NCBI GenBank assembly: GCA_028534125.1 | Contig: CM052817.1 | Location: 30,444,001-30,508,000, forward strand | DNA from: Lama glama | Lineage: Eukaryota | Length of the DNA: 64,000 bases | Reading direction: 5' to 3' | Part shown: positions 62,817 to 64,000 of the stretch, in pieces | How positions within the stretch are numbered: position 1 is the stretch's first letter | Layout: each line of letters begins with the position of its first letter | Position numbers and translations under genes: made by a program | The notes under the pieces: generated by a model | What the model was told of the DNA's origin: nothing | What the model saw: the letters and a program-made list of their open reading frames with translations, nothing else | Databases searched by the model: none

Positions 62817-64000
62817 GACAAGAAGAGAAATATGGGTGCAATGGCTCTCTCAAATGTTAAAACATTTATTTCAGCTACAGTAACTAAATCAGTGTAGTGC
62901 TTAAGCATGAATACATAATGTCAATGGTATAAAAAACTCTGAAAATACACAACACATTTAGAAGTTGCGTATATGATAAAAGTGGTATTGCAAATTTGTC
63001 TAAAAAAGATGGATTTTTCAATAAAAGATGTTAGGACAACTAGGTTACCAATTTATGGCTTTGATCATCTTTCTGTCACAAGTATTTTACTCTAATTATT
63101 CAACCAACCTTTCTCTTCTTCACATTGATTATCACTTTGCCTCATCAGTCCAACAGGATAAATTCTCAATAAATCAAATATTTTAAGTACATGAAATGAA
63201 CATGCATAAAATCACTAAAAGAAACCATGAGAAAATTTTTAAATAATCTCACCTAGAAGCCATTCTGTTCACCAAAAACAAACAGGTAAAAAAACATGAC
63301 CTCACTCAAAAAATCATGAATGGTAAAATCCTACAGGAATAATATCAAAAGACAAACAAATTGAGAAAAATAATGGCAACTGGTATCACAGGCAGTATGT
63401 CAAGTCTTCAACTCCTTTGAGAAAAATCCCTTAAAAGAAATTTGCAAGTATATAAACTGGTAGTTCATAAAAATGAAAATATGAATGGTTCTTAAACATG
63501 AAAAAATTTCCAATCCTAATAAAAGAAATAAAACTCATAAGTATATTGAGAACATCTTTTTTTCCTGATAGGTTAGTAAAGACAAAAAATTGATAACACA
63601 TTGTGTGGATGAGGATGGCGGTGTAAGGAAATGGGCGTTCTCACATATCGCTGGTGGGAATGTGTATGACAGTGTAACTTAAAGGAAAATTTGGAAGCAT
63701 CTATCAAAATTACAAATGCACATTTTTTTTTTTACCTTTCAGGTATACTTGCACACAGACATAAAAGGCTATTTGTTGTCACATTGTTTATAGTATCAAA
63801 GTTAGCAAACCAAATGTTCTAGTGTGTCTATGATGAAAATGGATTGTTCTCAAAATCAGAAAAAAATGCAATAACTGTTTTAAGATACAACAATACACTC
63901 ACACTAAGACGGCAGACCATTGGAGAATGGTTATGGAAGAATGGTCTGATGGTTGCATTTTGGGACAGTAAGCATGCCTAGTCCTCTTAGTGATTTAGAA

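Larger units (their letters stand above)
62240..63830 (+). mobile_element. Old L1ME-like ORF2/3' fragment (host of the young L1)
   Basis: attcttggatggaaacattcaacatcataaagatgacaattct...gctgattcta...caataaaagatgttaggacaact...ctctcacat-like and ctggtgggaatgt 3' region. Confidence 0.75.

Noticed and set aside
62606..62908. 100-aa ORF with FILFY repeats
   Set aside because: It is the antisense translation of the (AAAAT)n L1 tail.
1..64000. CRISPR arrays, tRNA/rRNA genes, GABA-A receptor exons, CpG-island promoter
   Set aside because: None seen. The short direct repeats are two-copy duplications without spacers, and no ORF resembles a Cys-loop receptor.

Overview
This is AT-rich, repeat-laden placental mammal DNA. 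It is probably from a camelid or another cetartiodactyl, judged from the lineage-specific L1 3' end at ~62.5 kb, the MER41-like LTR and the absence of Alu, B1, Bov-tA, PRE1 or SINEC elements. The only protein-coding sequence I can support is the coding exon of COX7B2 (minus strand, CDS 7702-7947, 81 aa). It has a splice acceptor at 8008-8010 and poly(A) signals at 7606-7615. By analogy with the human gene, most of 8008-64000 is probably the large upstream 5'UTR intron; this is an inference. The remainder is ancient interspersed repeats (L2, MIR, L3, L1M, MaLR/ERVL LTRs, MER20, MER5B, MER53, Tigger1), microsatellites and small tandem duplications. I found no convincing novel biological system. 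Repeat family names come from my recall of consensus sequences, and their boundaries are approximate unless a TSD is given.
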